DNA of 64,000 nucleotides from Balanoglossus misakiensis (Eukaryota; Animalia; Hemichordata), in contig CM082579.2 of NCBI GenBank assembly GCA_040954595.2, positions 12,463,834 through 12,527,833 on the forward strand, given 5' to 3'. How positions within the stretch are numbered: position 1 is the stretch's first letter; each line of letters opens with the position of its first letter. The notes under the pieces are model-generated. The model made no database searches. It saw nothing but the letters and a program-made list of their open reading frames with translations, and was not told where the DNA came from. Shown in pieces: positions 1-13,885 of the stretch. Made by a program: the position numbers and the translations under genes.

Positions 1-903
1 CACATTTGTTGACACAGACCTGCACTACATATTAGTCAAATAAGGGGCCCGTTTGGATTTGCAGAAGGAAAAGTCAATTGCCAGTTGTTCTGATTTGACA
101 AAATGACAAAATACAATCTATGTCATTATTGCCTGTGATAATGTGATTATAATATTGTTATGTTGTTAGTAGTATTCAAGTAGGATACATCAGCCTTGCC
201 AAGTTAAATGGTTCAGTAATTTGCATGTTTTATGTTCAGTTCCTTGTTAGTTGTATGGATGAACTTCTGATCAAATTGTTGAAAGCCATACCCCAAAACG
301 GCGGCACGCATACTTGTTGACAAACACAAACAAGTATAACAGGGACAAATGGCCACTGGACATCAGAACACCACCCTTGGGTATTGAACTGTTTTATAGG
401 CAAAGATTGGTACTTCGACCTGACCGTTAGAAAAAAAATCATGTGAAATTCCCCACTTAGTCCCACAATCCTCCCCAAGAGGAAAACATTAGATGATATG
501 CGCTAATCGTGTTGATCAAAATCCCGAGTGTCGATATTTGTTTTGCAAGCAAATTTCCATGTTGCCAAGCATTCGCCCAGTGGTGGAAACAGTGATGAGT
601 GTCAAACTGTGCACAAGAACGTTTTGACAAAATTACTCATTGACAAATGCCCGCTTCAGTTCATATTACGGTTTTAGCCGAATTCAAAATAGTTTTACTG
701 TGTGCGCGATAAAATAAACTCTCGGATAAGAAAATGACAACAGAGCCTGCCGCAGATGTAGGATGTGCAATATTTACCCTCAAAATCCGCCATGACGTTG
801 CACATAAATATGGACTTTCATTTAGTGTCCACATTAGATTTATTCAACAAATGCCTTTTTACATTCGAATTACTGCTAATAGACTAGCATCAGTAGACGT
901 TAA

Positions 904-1354
904 AGGCACATAAGCTGCAACTTTGGGGATAATTATCTTTTTTTTCAAACTTTACTACCATTAGCCCATGCAGATGTAGGCACTGAACTACATACAAGTA
1001 TTATTAACCATTTGCCGCAAAGAAATATAGTCGCCAACGTGGGAAAATGCAAGAAACAATGAAAACGTTGCATTTCAAACTATGAAATTTCATAAACAAA
1101 GCATGATCTCATTAACAAGAACTCATGGAAGTAAATGTACTATGCTGAGACATTACATTTTCATTTTTCGTATCAATATTGCGCTCTTTTAAAAATTGCA
1201 GGAATGTTTTACTTTCTTTAAGTTTTTGGCCATTTTGTTATAAATAAGTGTTGATCTTGACATACTATCTTGAAATATCATTTAATAGACATAATTAAAA
1301 GCATATATGGTATTATCTAAAACTTATTTTTATCCAGTTGCAGCTCATGTGCCT
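904..1354. mobile_element. Non-autonomous TTAA-targeting TIR element (Kolobok-like MITE), copy 1
   Basis: TTAA|AGGCACATAAGCTGCAACT ... AGTTGCAGCTCATGTGCCT|TTAA; TTAA TSD at 900-903 and 1355-1358; an inverted homologous copy lies at 59536-60039. Confidence 0.85.
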
Positions 1355-2178
1355 TTAACTTGAAGTTTTCGAAGTAGTTTGGGTCAATGTTTTTACATAA
1401 GTTGAAAACATCACTTCATTTGACAAAGTATAATTGTTATTTTTTCTACATTAAATGCCAACCAATAACAACAGTTCCGATTTAATCTATCTTAAGGTTT
1501 ATCTAAAGTTCACCAACAAAGTTAAAATTTTGACCAAACTTTGCGATAGCCTGTGGCCATGACCTACTTACGCATATCTCAGCTTGTACATGTGTGGATC
1601 TGGTATTTGTTGTCTCATCAATGCAACTTTTCGCATTTAGATTTATTTCTGTTGCAAAGCCATTGTGATCACAAAAAGTCCATTTTTACTACATGCATTT
1701 TAAGTTCAAGTTCTACCGGCTGACCAACATTGACTGGGGGTTTACGATGGTCAAGACATATATTACAAAATGCTCACCTTAATTAAAAAGGAATTCTGGC
1801 CGACAACATGTTTGGTCCAACAATACATCTGGGGCACAATATACAACTGAAATGTCCTGGCTTTGCCTATTTTGGCAGATTTTAGTGTCCCATTCTCCGC
1901 GACCAACATATATAATCGCGATCGGTCGTGACTAGATCTGATAACATCTGCAATCAATACGATGACTATTGTAAACACAAGTTCTGACCGATCGTACTAA
2001 CCGTCGGTCGATATTCATTAGGCATGGTCCATCTTACAAAATCGATATTTGGAGTAGATTCAGCGGCGGTCGTCTGGCCGCAACACGAATTGAGTTCTGT
2101 GATATCATGCCCTAAAGAAAGATTATGCGTCTAGATCGGTCAATTAGAGATCCGCAACAATGTTAGAATATAAATTAA

Positions 2179-2896
2179 GGTGGCATTGCACGAAACCGTC
2201 AATACTTTTTCTGAGGCCTATTTCTCATCAAAGACAACATTAAAACCCCTATAAATCATGCATATTCTGGATGCTGAGTTTTTGAACTTTTGTTTGCGTT
2301 GCACAGTTTATTGACCCCCGGAAATGGTGGCGTTTTTAGGTTAAAAAAACATTTTTTGATATTATGTCATTTTCTTGAAATTAGGTAAAAAGTTGACCAT
2401 GCATCATGCATCTTAATATGTCATTCGAAACTAGAGTACACGTGCAAAAAACAACAAAAATTATGTTTTGCGTTATCTGCTTCCATGGAGAAGTAACAGC
2501 GTTTGAAAGTTACATTTTTAGAAAATCTGATCAAATTCACGATGAGTTGTATTGAATCAAAGTTTTTTTCCCGTCCGGGACATTTTATCGACCAAATAAT
2601 TTTCGTTTTGTTAGATGGGTCATACACAATCCCCTGTTAAAATTTGAGCAAATTCGGCCAACACAGACATTCTTCTGAAGTTGTCAAAAGCAGCGAAAAT
2701 GCAAACTGAGAAAAACGGCCATTTGCATTGTTGATTTCCTAAGATGTGGACTCATTCAGAAAAGTGCTATTTTTAGGTGATTATGCACCATTTCTGCCAA
2801 GACGCATTAGTCAGAATGTGGATCAGTATTAGACCTACCGACGTATGTAAAAAAGTAAAATTTGGCAAAAATCACAACTTTTCATGCAATGCCACC
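2179..2896. mobile_element. Non-autonomous TTAA-targeting TIR element (Kolobok-like)
   Basis: TTAA|GGTGGCATTGCACGAAA ... TTTCATGCAATGCCACC|TTAA; RR..YY termini with TTAA TSD. Confidence 0.85.
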
Positions 2897-5800
2897 TTAA
2901 GGGGGAAGTCCGGTCCAGCTGATTTCTACATAATTTGGTAGCTTTGTGTTCAAATTGACTGTTGACAATTCAAGGTGCAAAACTTTGCTTTTTTGACAAA
3001 ATTGCATATTGAAAATCAAATTCAACATCGCGCTTTACGGTCAACATCATATGGCTTGGGGTTTCATTTTATGTGCGTGTTGGAAACCCCACACAGATTG
3101 TCGGACTCCACCTACGATCTCTCATTGGCTTGTTAGTCATGTAAATTGTTTTTTGGGCGTTCTTGCTACCCGCATGACATCAAGTTCACTGTAACGTGTG
3201 AAACAATTATTATCAGATGTGAACAAATGTCAAGGTTCAGCAACCTGATAGACTTCGTAGAATTGTAATAAAAAAGACTTGACTTTCAAATTGGTATAAA
3301 CATCGACTCATCTCGTCTCATTTCCCGGCCATTCCGTCCCTCTCCACACTCCAAACCCTTTCCCCAACTGTACGCCGTGCAGTGAGATGACGAAAAGAAA
3401 TATGGTTAATGCCGGATGAATACGGGGACAAAGGCAGGGTCACTATTTTGGCGAAGGGTATTTGAAGGGCCCGTCAATATTATTCGCTCAGCAACATAAT
3501 AAACACCTCTCCTTGTAATTTCTGTCCAATCCCTAAATTCGCGGCATCTCTTAAAGCAACAGCGGTATTTTCATCCCAATACTGACGATCGTGATCAAGT
3601 CAGATAACATATCAGCAGTTCCGACTTCCATTTAGTTCCGACTGACCGTACTAACTGCATTGGTCGATAGTCATTAGCCAACGTCCATCCTAAAAATCGA
3701 TGCAAGGTGAAGATACAGCGTTGGTCAGTATGGACCACAAAATTGTTTTCTTGGGCATTCTCATGTCTGCATGAGAGATTGTGCGCCCGATACAATCAAA
3801 TAATGATCAACGTAAATAGTAAAATATAACGTACCACCTGAAAAAATGTCAACAGAGATTATTGATGGAAAATCAAACCACCACATTCTTGCTTCGCAAC
3901 TGTGATTTCTGATTTTGTTTCTGACAGTGCTCAATTGAGACACGCCATTTTATCTCTACCCACACAGAGGCAGATCATACTAATATTTCATTGAAGTGCA
4001 ATAATATTGTAAAATTTGGTATCATTAACAGCAAACAGTTTGGGTGTAAAGTTTTCATCAACCGGCGATTGAATAAAATTATGGTTATCCCAATCCCTGT
4101 TTCTGAATTTCTGATTTCTGACTATGTGACTGTCTTGTATGATTGACAAGGATGGAGGGGTTACCACATCTTGCCCTTGGTTCAACGCCAATCAGAAGTG
4201 CGTTCTGGGTCACGTGGTTTGCCTGTTACCATGTGGTTTTGACCCAAAGTTTCGGCTCTGTGCTACTTTTCCCAATTAGTCCTGTATTATCCCTTCCCGG
4301 ATAGCCAGCCCGGGTCATCGATCGCGACATCTAAGACGTGTTTACCTTAGCAGCCCGGTGTGGGCCGATATCTTCGACGAGACGCTTGCTTTCCGCCGAT
4401 TTCCAACCGCGAAATTGGTGAAATATGTTGAGATGTACTTAAAGTGAGTTGTGATAGGAGTATCGGGTGCGGAGTTGAAACGCCCCGGCAGGTATGCACG
4501 GGCTTAGTAAAATTGCAACTGAGGGCGCATTTTGGCCGGTCCCTCAAAGTATATATAGGGCAAAATGTTAGCAAATTTTCAAACCGATTTTAATCCAATT
4601 GCAGTCAGCTTCCAAGTCAGACTAATCAATTTTTTGGAGAAAAATATCCCCAACCGTGTCCGTCAAAACCAAATGTACTGGGTAATATTCCACTGTATCA
4701 TTTCATTTCCGCACTTTTAATGTATCCGTTACGCCAGTGGCGAACTGGGCCGCTCACGTTGCGGTCGCTTTTATCTTTAAGGTGAACAGTCATTGGTCTT
4801 GCAATTAACCTTCACCAAGGGTAACATTGTTTGCATTTAAATGGAGTTGTCAGGTCCATTTGCTGTATTTGAGCCCTGTTTGTGTCGCTTGGGCATCGTT
4901 TCGCCCAACCAATTTGGCTCCGTCGAAACATGAGTTGTACCTTTTACACCTTCGTGTCATTTGACGGATGGTGAAAGTAGCTATTACCGGTCGGGACACA
5001 AGTGCCCCTGTGTAGGACCGGTGTACAATACTAGTAACCTACAATTTACATGTAAATGCTGATATACGATTAAAAAGGGCGTGTCTAAGTCTTCGAAAGA
5101 CCCTGTGGTGGCGAACCAATACATGAAATTCCCACAGAAGCCCCCGATCACCACCCCGGAAGTGTTTTTGCAGGTGTCTGGTATATGAACCGGATATGCT
5201 AACATCGAATCGACCGCTACCTCGGCGAACTGATGGAATGGGTACGTCCATTCCATCAGCGCGACAAGATATTCCAGGGGTCCAAAGCGACCCAAAAGTC
5301 GCAACGTGCCCGGGCCATCTGAAATATATGGGAAGGGGCAAACGCTGCCGAAGAACAGATTTTGCACGACAAAGGCGTAATTGTTCGGTTGAACCACGGT
5401 CACTCCAGCACCGTGCATGGTTGAACAACCAAAAACACTTCAGCTTCAGAGGTTGCCAAGAAAGTCGACAGATGCTGTGGGCAATGTTGTGCTTAAAACT
5501 ACCGTAGACAATATCGTGTTTCTCGAATGTAGTGAGTGAGAAAGCAAAACACGGTAAATCGGAAAAAGTTACGACCAAGAGCGGGCGTACCCAACAAAAG
5601 CTTTCGCTATTCCCAATGACCCAACTCGACGTTTAGTAAGTTAACCAAGGTCCGTGGACTCAGCCAGCGTCGGTTGGTAATTTAAAGTTTACCTTTGATG
5701 CTGATCATCAATTGATTGTTTGTTTCGGGCGTATGTAGGTTATGGAACACAGCACATTTGGAGTTTAAAAGGCTGCGTTGTATTTCATCTTGTATAGAGT

Positions 5801-7151
5801 TTGTAGATATGTGGACGGACCATGGCTGATTTGCGGATAGCAACGGTGGAGATGGAAGTTGTTTTCACATTTGTCATGATGTCGTACTGATAGCACATGT
5901 TATCAGAGTGTATCGTGCTCAAATGTGACAGCGAGGTTACAGATTTGGTCACTATTGCCAGTCCTGGGGATAAAAATACCGCTGTTGCTTTGACAATTAT
6001 CGCGATCGTGTAGAAGAGGTTCGAAGTTGAATTTACACTGAAGACACGACCACAGATTTGGGACATTCCTGTGTAACGCCGTGAGAAGATTTGTTTTTGA
6101 AGAATATTATTTCAAGTTGGCTGTAACTAATCCAAATATGTTATATCAGGAGAGCTGATTCCAATGATTGTTCTGTTCGGGTGGCAGGATGCATTTAAAT
6201 ATCTGGTCGTGGTGACGGTTGATGTGATGAGGCGGGAACACGTGTGTATAGATTTCAACGCCGATGACATTGTTTCAAAGAGGACCAGCCATGGGAACTG
6301 CTGTCATGGCTGGACCCGCGGAACTGACGCACTCTCAAACTAACAGCTCCAATTATGACATTTCAGAATAGCTCGATCGCACCACCTAACGTCCAAACCC
6401 GTCGATTCTCTGATATACAGTGTATTAAAGGTACACACTTACTGATACAAATTTATCCACAGTTACCACGGCAAATTGAGCTCTAGCCAATCACAGATTT
6501 TCAGTGAACGGCGAAAAAAGAGCGCCACCTTATGTTCTTTATGACACTCAAAAACGGTGTTTCTGACAAATATGGGCGTAATAAATTGAAGGTGACCGTA
6601 TACTTTTAAACATGTGAAAGACGTTAAAAAAACGACGAAAACATGGTGTTCATCGTTGTCTTTTTGCTTTAAAAAATCACTACTTTTTTTCTCTCCAAAG
6701 AGTAACCACAAAGATCATAAGGTGACTACTTTAAATTTTCACAATTAAGACATTACGGTCTTGTTCAAAAGGTTGCACGTTGACCCCTTATTTTAATAAT
6801 GGAAAATTGATTTTCGAGGCACTTAATACTTTAAATAATTTATGCTATTCTGTATGGTTGACAAAACAAAAAGCATAACAATGAATAACTTCTAAATGAC
6901 ATTGGGCTGTGTAAAGGCAATCTAAAATAATTGAATCCTACCGAACCCAAATCATTATTTATGAATCAAGCCTTTCGTTAATTCAGTCCGAGTGAAGTTT
7001 ATTTGAGATTTCACCTTTTAATCGGCGTATTTGAATGAACGGCATGCATGCTGCAAACGTGATTTTAGGACGCGAGGCATGTCAAGTGAGCTACATGTAG
7101 TAGGAGAGTAGAAAAACATTAATTTGATGAGAACTTGACACAAAATCGCAG

Positions 7152-9723
7152 TTGGCTGGTTGTGAAATCGATGAAAGGCTGGACAACAGACATCAGTAGT
7201 ATGCCTGAAGTGGATGTTTCAAAAGTTAAACAATATTTACTACGATGTAATAGTTCTGAGTTCACAGAAACAGATCTCCGTAAATACAAAGTGTCGAGAA
7301 GTTACCAACACATTGTGTCAGGTCATCTCCATTCAGTGAAATTCAACCCGAATGGTAAAAGTGGCTTGTTTTGTCTCATTAGTGGACAGTGCATTGCATC
7401 ACAATCAACAGACCCACAAAGAGTTAAATGGTGTTTTGCAGTATTGGACAAGTGTACTGGTCAACCGTATAGTGGTTATTGCATTTGTACAGCAGGGTAA
7501 GTCTTGTGATGTGGTTTATTATTATTTTGTAATTTATATAAGACTTTACCCTAAGCTTTCTTGAATTCAATGTGTATAGAGTTAGTATCAAAGCCTAAGG
7601 GGCAGTATCATATATATACATGCACATTTAAAGCAATAACCCTACATCAAGGGCACGGACAGGTATAGTTTAATAGCACAATTCACGACACATGTATGCT
7701 CAAGGCACAGATGAGTGCATGAGTTGAGTGACTTGTACTATATAGCGTGTCGTGAATTGTTACACTGTAGTAAATAATAGTTAAGTTTTTAATTGGAAAT
7801 TGATTCTGGTAGATGTCTATTGAAGTACTGACAGATCAGACAAGTGTGCATTAAGGTACCTAACGTGGTACCGGAGTGAAAAGTAGTGTCTGTAATTGCA
7901 TCTTCAATCACCAATTATTCCATCGTATTTCAGCCCTGGACAGATATGTTCTCATGTTGGCGCCTTATTGTTTCTTGCTGCTGAGGTAGTTGCTGGTGGA
8001 TTTGATAAACTACCTGATGGTCCATCATGTACAGAAATACCATGTCAGTGGGCAGAACCAAAAGGTAATATCAATATTCATTGGTCAATATGCAGAGTCT
8101 TATTGTATAGCAGTTCAGGTGTCAGAGTGAGTTTCCCAAGTGTATATGGAGTCACATTTTAAAATTAACACAGACTCAGTCCTTACATTTTCACAAAAGT
8201 TATATGTGGAGTTCTATGGCCACAAATGCAGGAAAACAATTTTGGAATGACTGTTGTTTAGTCAAATAAGTAAACAATCTTCATATAAAGCCATGAAAAA
8301 CCTACTCAGGTAGTCACTGTTTACTTAATTGGTACGTGTAAATTGTGCATATTAATTTGATTTTTATTTGAACATTTATGATTGCCTTGTATAATGTTTT
8401 TTTCCTTTTAGACTTTAAGTGTAATATATCATGATATGAACAAAAGGTTGTATTACAAGGTTGGCCTTTTGCTTCTATTTACTAGGTGCTGGAGTTACTC
8501 CTGTTCCATTAAAGGAGATACAGCTGGGTAGGAATAAGAAGCAGTCAGGCTTGTCAATTGGAAAACATGAGCCTGTGAAGCCTCAGCAGTTACTGACTAC
8601 CACATCTTATGACAGAATTTTAAAATTGAAGCATGACATATTGAATGCCAATATTAACTTGCCACAGCCACCCATCGTACATCTCCTGGATATGAGCAGA
8701 TTCAGGTCTTCTGAACCAGGCATATCTTCTCCAGTGAAAACGCTACCTGATGATGGAAATGACCTTGACTCTGTATTAGCATTTTCCAAAGAAATTACCA
8801 CAGAAACAACTCCAATGGCTATTCCAGAAATGCCACATTTACAGTGTGAAAACACACTAAATGAGAAATATGTTACAGAGAAACTGCGATTTCTAAATGA
8901 TTGTAAACTCACTTCTGAAGAAAGAGACAAAGTTGCAAATATTACTTTGGGGCAAGGACATAACAATGAATGGATTCAACAGAGAAAAGGCTCTGTAACT
9001 TCCACTAAATTTAAGCGCATTGTCTCATTCTTAAATACTGGTAAATCATCTGCAGATAATCTCATGTCAGATATCATGGGTTATAAATCTTGTGAATACA
9101 AGAGTGTGGCAATGGAGTGGGGTATTGAGCATGAAACCACTGCTATACATAAATACATACAAACACAATCGAATGAGAACTGTAAACTTGATGTAATTCC
9201 ACAGGGATTGTTGGTACATGAAGACTTTGCTTACATTAGGGTTTCACCTGATGGTATAGTAACCTGTAGTTGTGACACCTGTCCTAAGAAATTGATTGAA
9301 GTAAAGTGTCCATATAAGCACAGGCATATATCTCCACAGGAGGCTGTTCATAACAAGTTAATTGACTATATTTCTTATGATAGTCAATCAGGAATTTACA
9401 CTTTGAGAAAGAATCACACAAGAGGCTATTTTGAACAAGTAACTGTTCAAATGGCAGTATCACAAGTGTACATCTTGGATTTTGTTGTATGGACACGCAA
9501 GGGACTGCTTGTTGTTCCTGTTGAGTTTGATGAAAAATACTGGTTGGAGTCGCTCTTGCCAGCCTCAGTGGCTTTTTTCACAAATTTCATTGTCCCAGAG
9601 ATTTTGACATCTTCTTTGAAAGAAAAACTCAGAAGAGATGTGCCTGTGAATACTTCAGACAATGTCCCACCACAGGAAACAACAAGCAGTGACAGTGATG
9701 TGTCTAGTGTTGATGACTGTTGA
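7152..9723 (+). CDS. Spliced SWIM zinc finger + YqaJ/lambda-exonuclease-like protein of ISL2EU-A (5' exon missing; possibly a pseudogene)
   Basis: Exons ~7152-7496, 7934-8064 and 8486-9723 join in frame at GT/AG sites. SWIM CICTAG|PGQICSH; YqaJ motifs WIQQRKGSVTST, AMEWGIEHE, SPDG, EVKCP, YFEQVTVQM. Confidence 0.8.
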
Positions 9724-10468
9724 TTTACCAACAGAAAAACAACCAGTACTGGCATGCACACAAAACTGTTAGGATGAGAGGCGAGAGCACCAAATTACTC
9801 AAGAGTGTAAGGCCACTTGATGAAATGTGATGTCAATTTGAAATGCTTGAAATAAGTCATGGATTACTTTCTTCCAGTTTTACTTTTTAAATATTACACT
9901 TGGTCTCAGTTCCCACTGATATCTGGAAACAAAATGAACTTGTATAATAAGGAAATGTATCTTGCTGTGCTAATGTCTATGCGTGTACTTTGAGGTGTTA
10001 CACACCCATCGCCATAACCAATGACATTCCATTGTTCAATACATGACATGACACAATGTAGAAGGTGTAGTGTACCCTCTAAGTCCATATCACGCACCAC
10101 TGTCTCAACATACTCACTGGTGACGCAAGAAAATTATCCACACTATATGCAAAGGTATATTTTAGAAATCCTCAGATTGACTTGAAGCTTTGAGGAATTA
10201 TGTTTGTTAGAGAGCACGCTCCTGAGGTGATGTTTTAAATAGACATGTTCATTTCGGGTGTATATTTGGAATAGAGGCCAGAAAATACTGAATATGAAAA
10301 TGAATGAGAAAAACATTCATGGACAGGCTTTTAGTATGGGTTGGGACCTACAATTATGCACATTTACTATGTACTATACATAATAAATACATGTAAGTCA
10401 TGTTTTTGATGAAATAAACATTCATGTTTATTGCATGTATTCACTGTCTCTTTGCACATTGACTTTGA

Positions 10469-10651
10469 CAGCTTGGCCCAAAACAATCTGATTAAATCAG
10501 ATGTGGGGTTGGCCCAATCTTTACCTTAGCTGATTCTTGACTGTTCTGTTCGCCTCACTACAGATGGACATCCAAGAACAGAACATCCAAGAATCAGGTT
10601 AAGATCAAGTCAAACCTACATCTGATTATAATCAGATTGGGCCCAAACCTG
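10469..10651. repeat. Palindromic MITE-like insertion (~80-bp imperfect inverted arms)
   Basis: CAGCTTGGCCC..AATCTGATTAAATCAGATGT..CTGATTCTTGACTGTTCTGTTC mirrors GAACAGAACATCCAAGAATCAG..ACATCTGATTATAATCAGATTGGGCCCAAACCTG; abuts the transposase stop codon. Confidence 0.7.
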
Positions 10652-12460
10652 TTATTGAACAATTGGTGTTTGGAAATTCACCAAGTATGCACATACTTTG
10701 AAAATATTCTCTGCTGATTCCAGCATCGACAGTTTCAGATCACCATCAAGAATGTGATACGTCTTTATACGCTGGATAATACGCTCAATATGCCCTCGTA
10801 CAGTTGAAACTCTCTCAGAATATTCTAATTCATGCTTGGAAAGCTGTGGTCGATCACATCCCTTAAATGCTGGAACATAGAACTTAACACCAATATCTGA
10901 CAATTCAACTTCAATCCTGAACCCTCTATCTGCCATCACCGCCCCCTGATTGTCTCTCAAACTGTCCATCAAATCACAGGATTGTGTTGTTATGTGTTTG
11001 TCTGATGCACGTCCACCATACAGCCGACTGATGTATGTGACTGCCAAGTTTGGGCTCATACCAACTAGGTATTTATATGTATTGTGGTGTTTGTAATTTG
11101 AAAACACTTGCTTTTTAGCATCACATCATTTTGGTGTCTGTATGAATAACTCGGTACAGTCTAAGATAATTTGAATATTTGAGAAATCATTTACAACAGA
11201 GGACTGATTTTCTTGAGTGACAATACTTGGTGGAAGTTTGCAGAGAAACTCAAGTTGCATGCACATCAAGTTTACCCAGGTATTAAATATGATAGACACA
11301 GTACTGACAGATACATCAAATCGCTCTGCCAAGTCCTGAAGCAAAAGCCCAACACTTAAACGTACCAAAGTAAAAAAAAATTCTTCCTCAAGAGTCAGTT
11401 TCCGGTCAGACCCAGGCTTACTTGAGCATCTGGTACTGAAATGTTCATACAAATGGGTCCTGGAACCACTCCAGTATTTCATATTCTTAGCTATTGGTTC
11501 CATAAAGCTGAATAAAGCATAGAATGTACCGTAGTTAGGAAATCTTGTCCAAAACTGCATTTTTTGGGATTGTGTTTTATATTCTCTAATCGCAGTGTTT
11601 GTCTTTTCAGTTTCTCAATTTCATACTCCATTTCTGCAATTTTATTATGGGCCCCACTGTGAATTTCTTCCATGGAGGGTTGTACATAGGTGTGATCAGC
11701 AGATGGTGGAGGGACAATGGTCAGTTCAGATCGGGGTCTTCCTTTCCTGGCAAAAGTTAACCTCCTCCTAGTCTTTGGTTTCTTCAATGCTCTTTGGTTC
11801 TTAAGTGGACTAACTTGCTGCTTTGATGATGTCAGACTAGTCCTCGGAGTTGTTTGTTTCATCTTCAGTTTCGGCACATAGCTATCACTCTTTCCTGTAA
11901 TTAGAAACACAAAATGGTTTTCAAAACTTTACTTTATCATCAATCACACATTTTGAATGGAAACAAATTTAGGGTTCGAGGGTTTTAAAGTATAAACCGG
12001 GTTACAACGTCCCCAAATGATTTGCAGAGGGCGCTCATATGCATAATGCCCATGTTTGGGATTACGTCATTCACATTGCCGAGACAACGTTGTTGATGCC
12101 GGTTGCTAGGTAGCGCGCCATCTTGTAAGGGGATCTTACTTTCAGTTTGTACATCGTTTCGTGTTTCTCCCAAAGCAAACTTTTTTTTACTTATCCCAAC
12201 ACTACACATAAAAGATGCTCTATTTGATTCTTGATTTTTCTAACGTACCTTTCGGGAAATGATCTGAGCACACCCTCATCCATGACTTCGGCTCCCAGTT
12301 TGGTTCGCCTCGTCGTATCGCATCATTCCAAAGCTTCAATCTCTTTTTATCTTTCATAGGAAAAGAATAATACGATCTCCGTATTCCAGCTTCCAAATCA
12401 GAACCCTTGCTGTTTGTGCACATTGGCATACAGCAATAGGTGCCACGACCACGCCGTTTT
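10652..12460 (-). pseudogene. THAP + HTH_Tnp_4 + DDE_Tnp_4 transposase of ISL2EU-A, disrupted
   Basis: THAP exon (YCCMPMC..SFP..W..AIRR..RVCSDHF, ~12249-12460); RKLTLEEEFFFTLVRL HTH; catalytic DCTE, ADRGF, IERII; in-frame TGA at 11126-11128 and a frameshift near 11560. Confidence 0.85.
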
Positions 12461-13885
12461 CGCTGAAATTTTTTTGGAGAAAACTTTGTGTTTACAATTA
12501 CAGTGATCGTCCACTATCGGAGCGATCGTTCGACAGCGCGTATGAGCGCAGACGTAGACGTGACCGGATCCACTCATTGCGCGTTGCATTATGGGTCATG
12601 TCAAAGGGGAGCATACAGGTAGGACTATTTTGACTATAAACATGAATTTTAGTTGACCAATCATTTGGACGTTATTTTAAATTGTCTGGACTGGGACTGG
12701 GATTCAAACCAGAATATTTACTAATGCACAGATCGCGCTGATTTTCATAAACGGCAAAAGAAGTGGGACTTTTACTTAAAATTTCAGTGCATAATCAAAT
12801 TTGACTCCAATATCATCACAGTATGGTTATTATCGGTTAAACGCAAACAATCAGATTTATCTGGGTAAATGCATTCTGTAATAGGCAATTATTTTGCTAC
12901 ATTCTGACCAGCTGGTAAAACGACAATGTTTCAGACAACTGGGGTTAATATTTTGGCATGTGTATCCACACAAACACCTGCCATGTGTTTTGGCATTTTA
13001 AGGTGGTTAATGGCATGCGCTTCAGTTCAAAGTGTTTTTTTTTTATCCTTATGCTCAAGTGGACATAAGCTAAATGAAACTTGTAGAAAGAGCACTGTCC
13101 CGGTTTAAACATTTAATGGAAATAAACTGTAAATACTTGAATATCACAACAGACTTGCAATTGTATCATTGCTATAATGTGACCTGACCGAGGTGCTGCA
13201 AAACCCGTATCAGGGCCGTAATGGTTTTATCATATGCCTTACATTGAATGATAATATAGCAGAAACTGCATCAGGCAAATGACATTCTGCATTCAGGGCC
13301 CATAAACCCATGTATTCAGGGTTTCTCACAGATACTAAAATGGTTTGTTTGTTTAATAGGTAGCAATCTGCCGTGCAAGTCGACGTGAAATGCCAGAGCC
13401 CAATGAGTTGAAGAATTTAGTCAAATTGTTCTGAATGAGGTACAATGTGGTGTATTTTAAAGAATGTCTTTATTAAAATATGGCAGAACTTAGTTTTCAA
13501 AACATTTTTTTTTCACATTTTATTCATCTTCTCCTTTATGATATTTAAATAGAATTCAACATTACATTACATGCATAAAAAAATCAAAGTTTGTGAGACA
13601 CTGTTCAGTTCCATATAATATTCATTTTTAGTATGTACTTGCCTGTTTTCTATATTTCTCACTGCACTCCAGACTTACTTTATTGTTACACCATATTTAA
13701 GTTACATGAACTTATTTTCACAGTAATCCATGGATTTATATTAATGCTTACATGAAATGTCCAGTTTGCTGGCTTTTCAAAATATAATCATCATGTAAGT
13801 TTTGTTTTCTGTAAAAAGTCAACCAGACTGTTGACATAGCATGCCTGTTTGCTTCATATGATTATACCACATATTCTCTAATCAG

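Larger units (their letters stand above)
7152..12626. mobile_element. ISL2EU-type DNA transposon A (left end not found)
   Basis: Convergent SWIM/YqaJ gene (+) and THAP-DDE_Tnp_4 transposase (-). Putative right end GGTAGGACT|AT at ~12626, with a subterminal motif (TGCATTATGGG) like those of element B. No matching left TIR seen, so the start coordinate is the first recognisable exon. Confidence 0.7.

Noticed and set aside
455-480. TAGTCCCACAATCC as the missing left TIR of ISL2EU-A
   Set aside because: Similarity to the putative right end is only a few bases and no first exon follows
2901-2925. Possible second TTAA element starting right after 2897-2900 (GGGGGAAGTCC)
   Set aside because: No matching inverted terminus was found
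4984-5578. Overlapping ORFs of 103-179 aa
   Set aside because: No recognisable motif on either strand; a possible TIR pair (AAGGTGAAC ~4779 / GTTTACCTT ~5687) is too weak to call
8461-9723. YqaJ viral-recombinase ORFs as evidence of a prophage or bacterial contamination
   Set aside because: The genes have spliceosomal introns and, for B and C, lie within TIR/TSD-bounded elements paired with THAP transposases, the known ISL2EU layout
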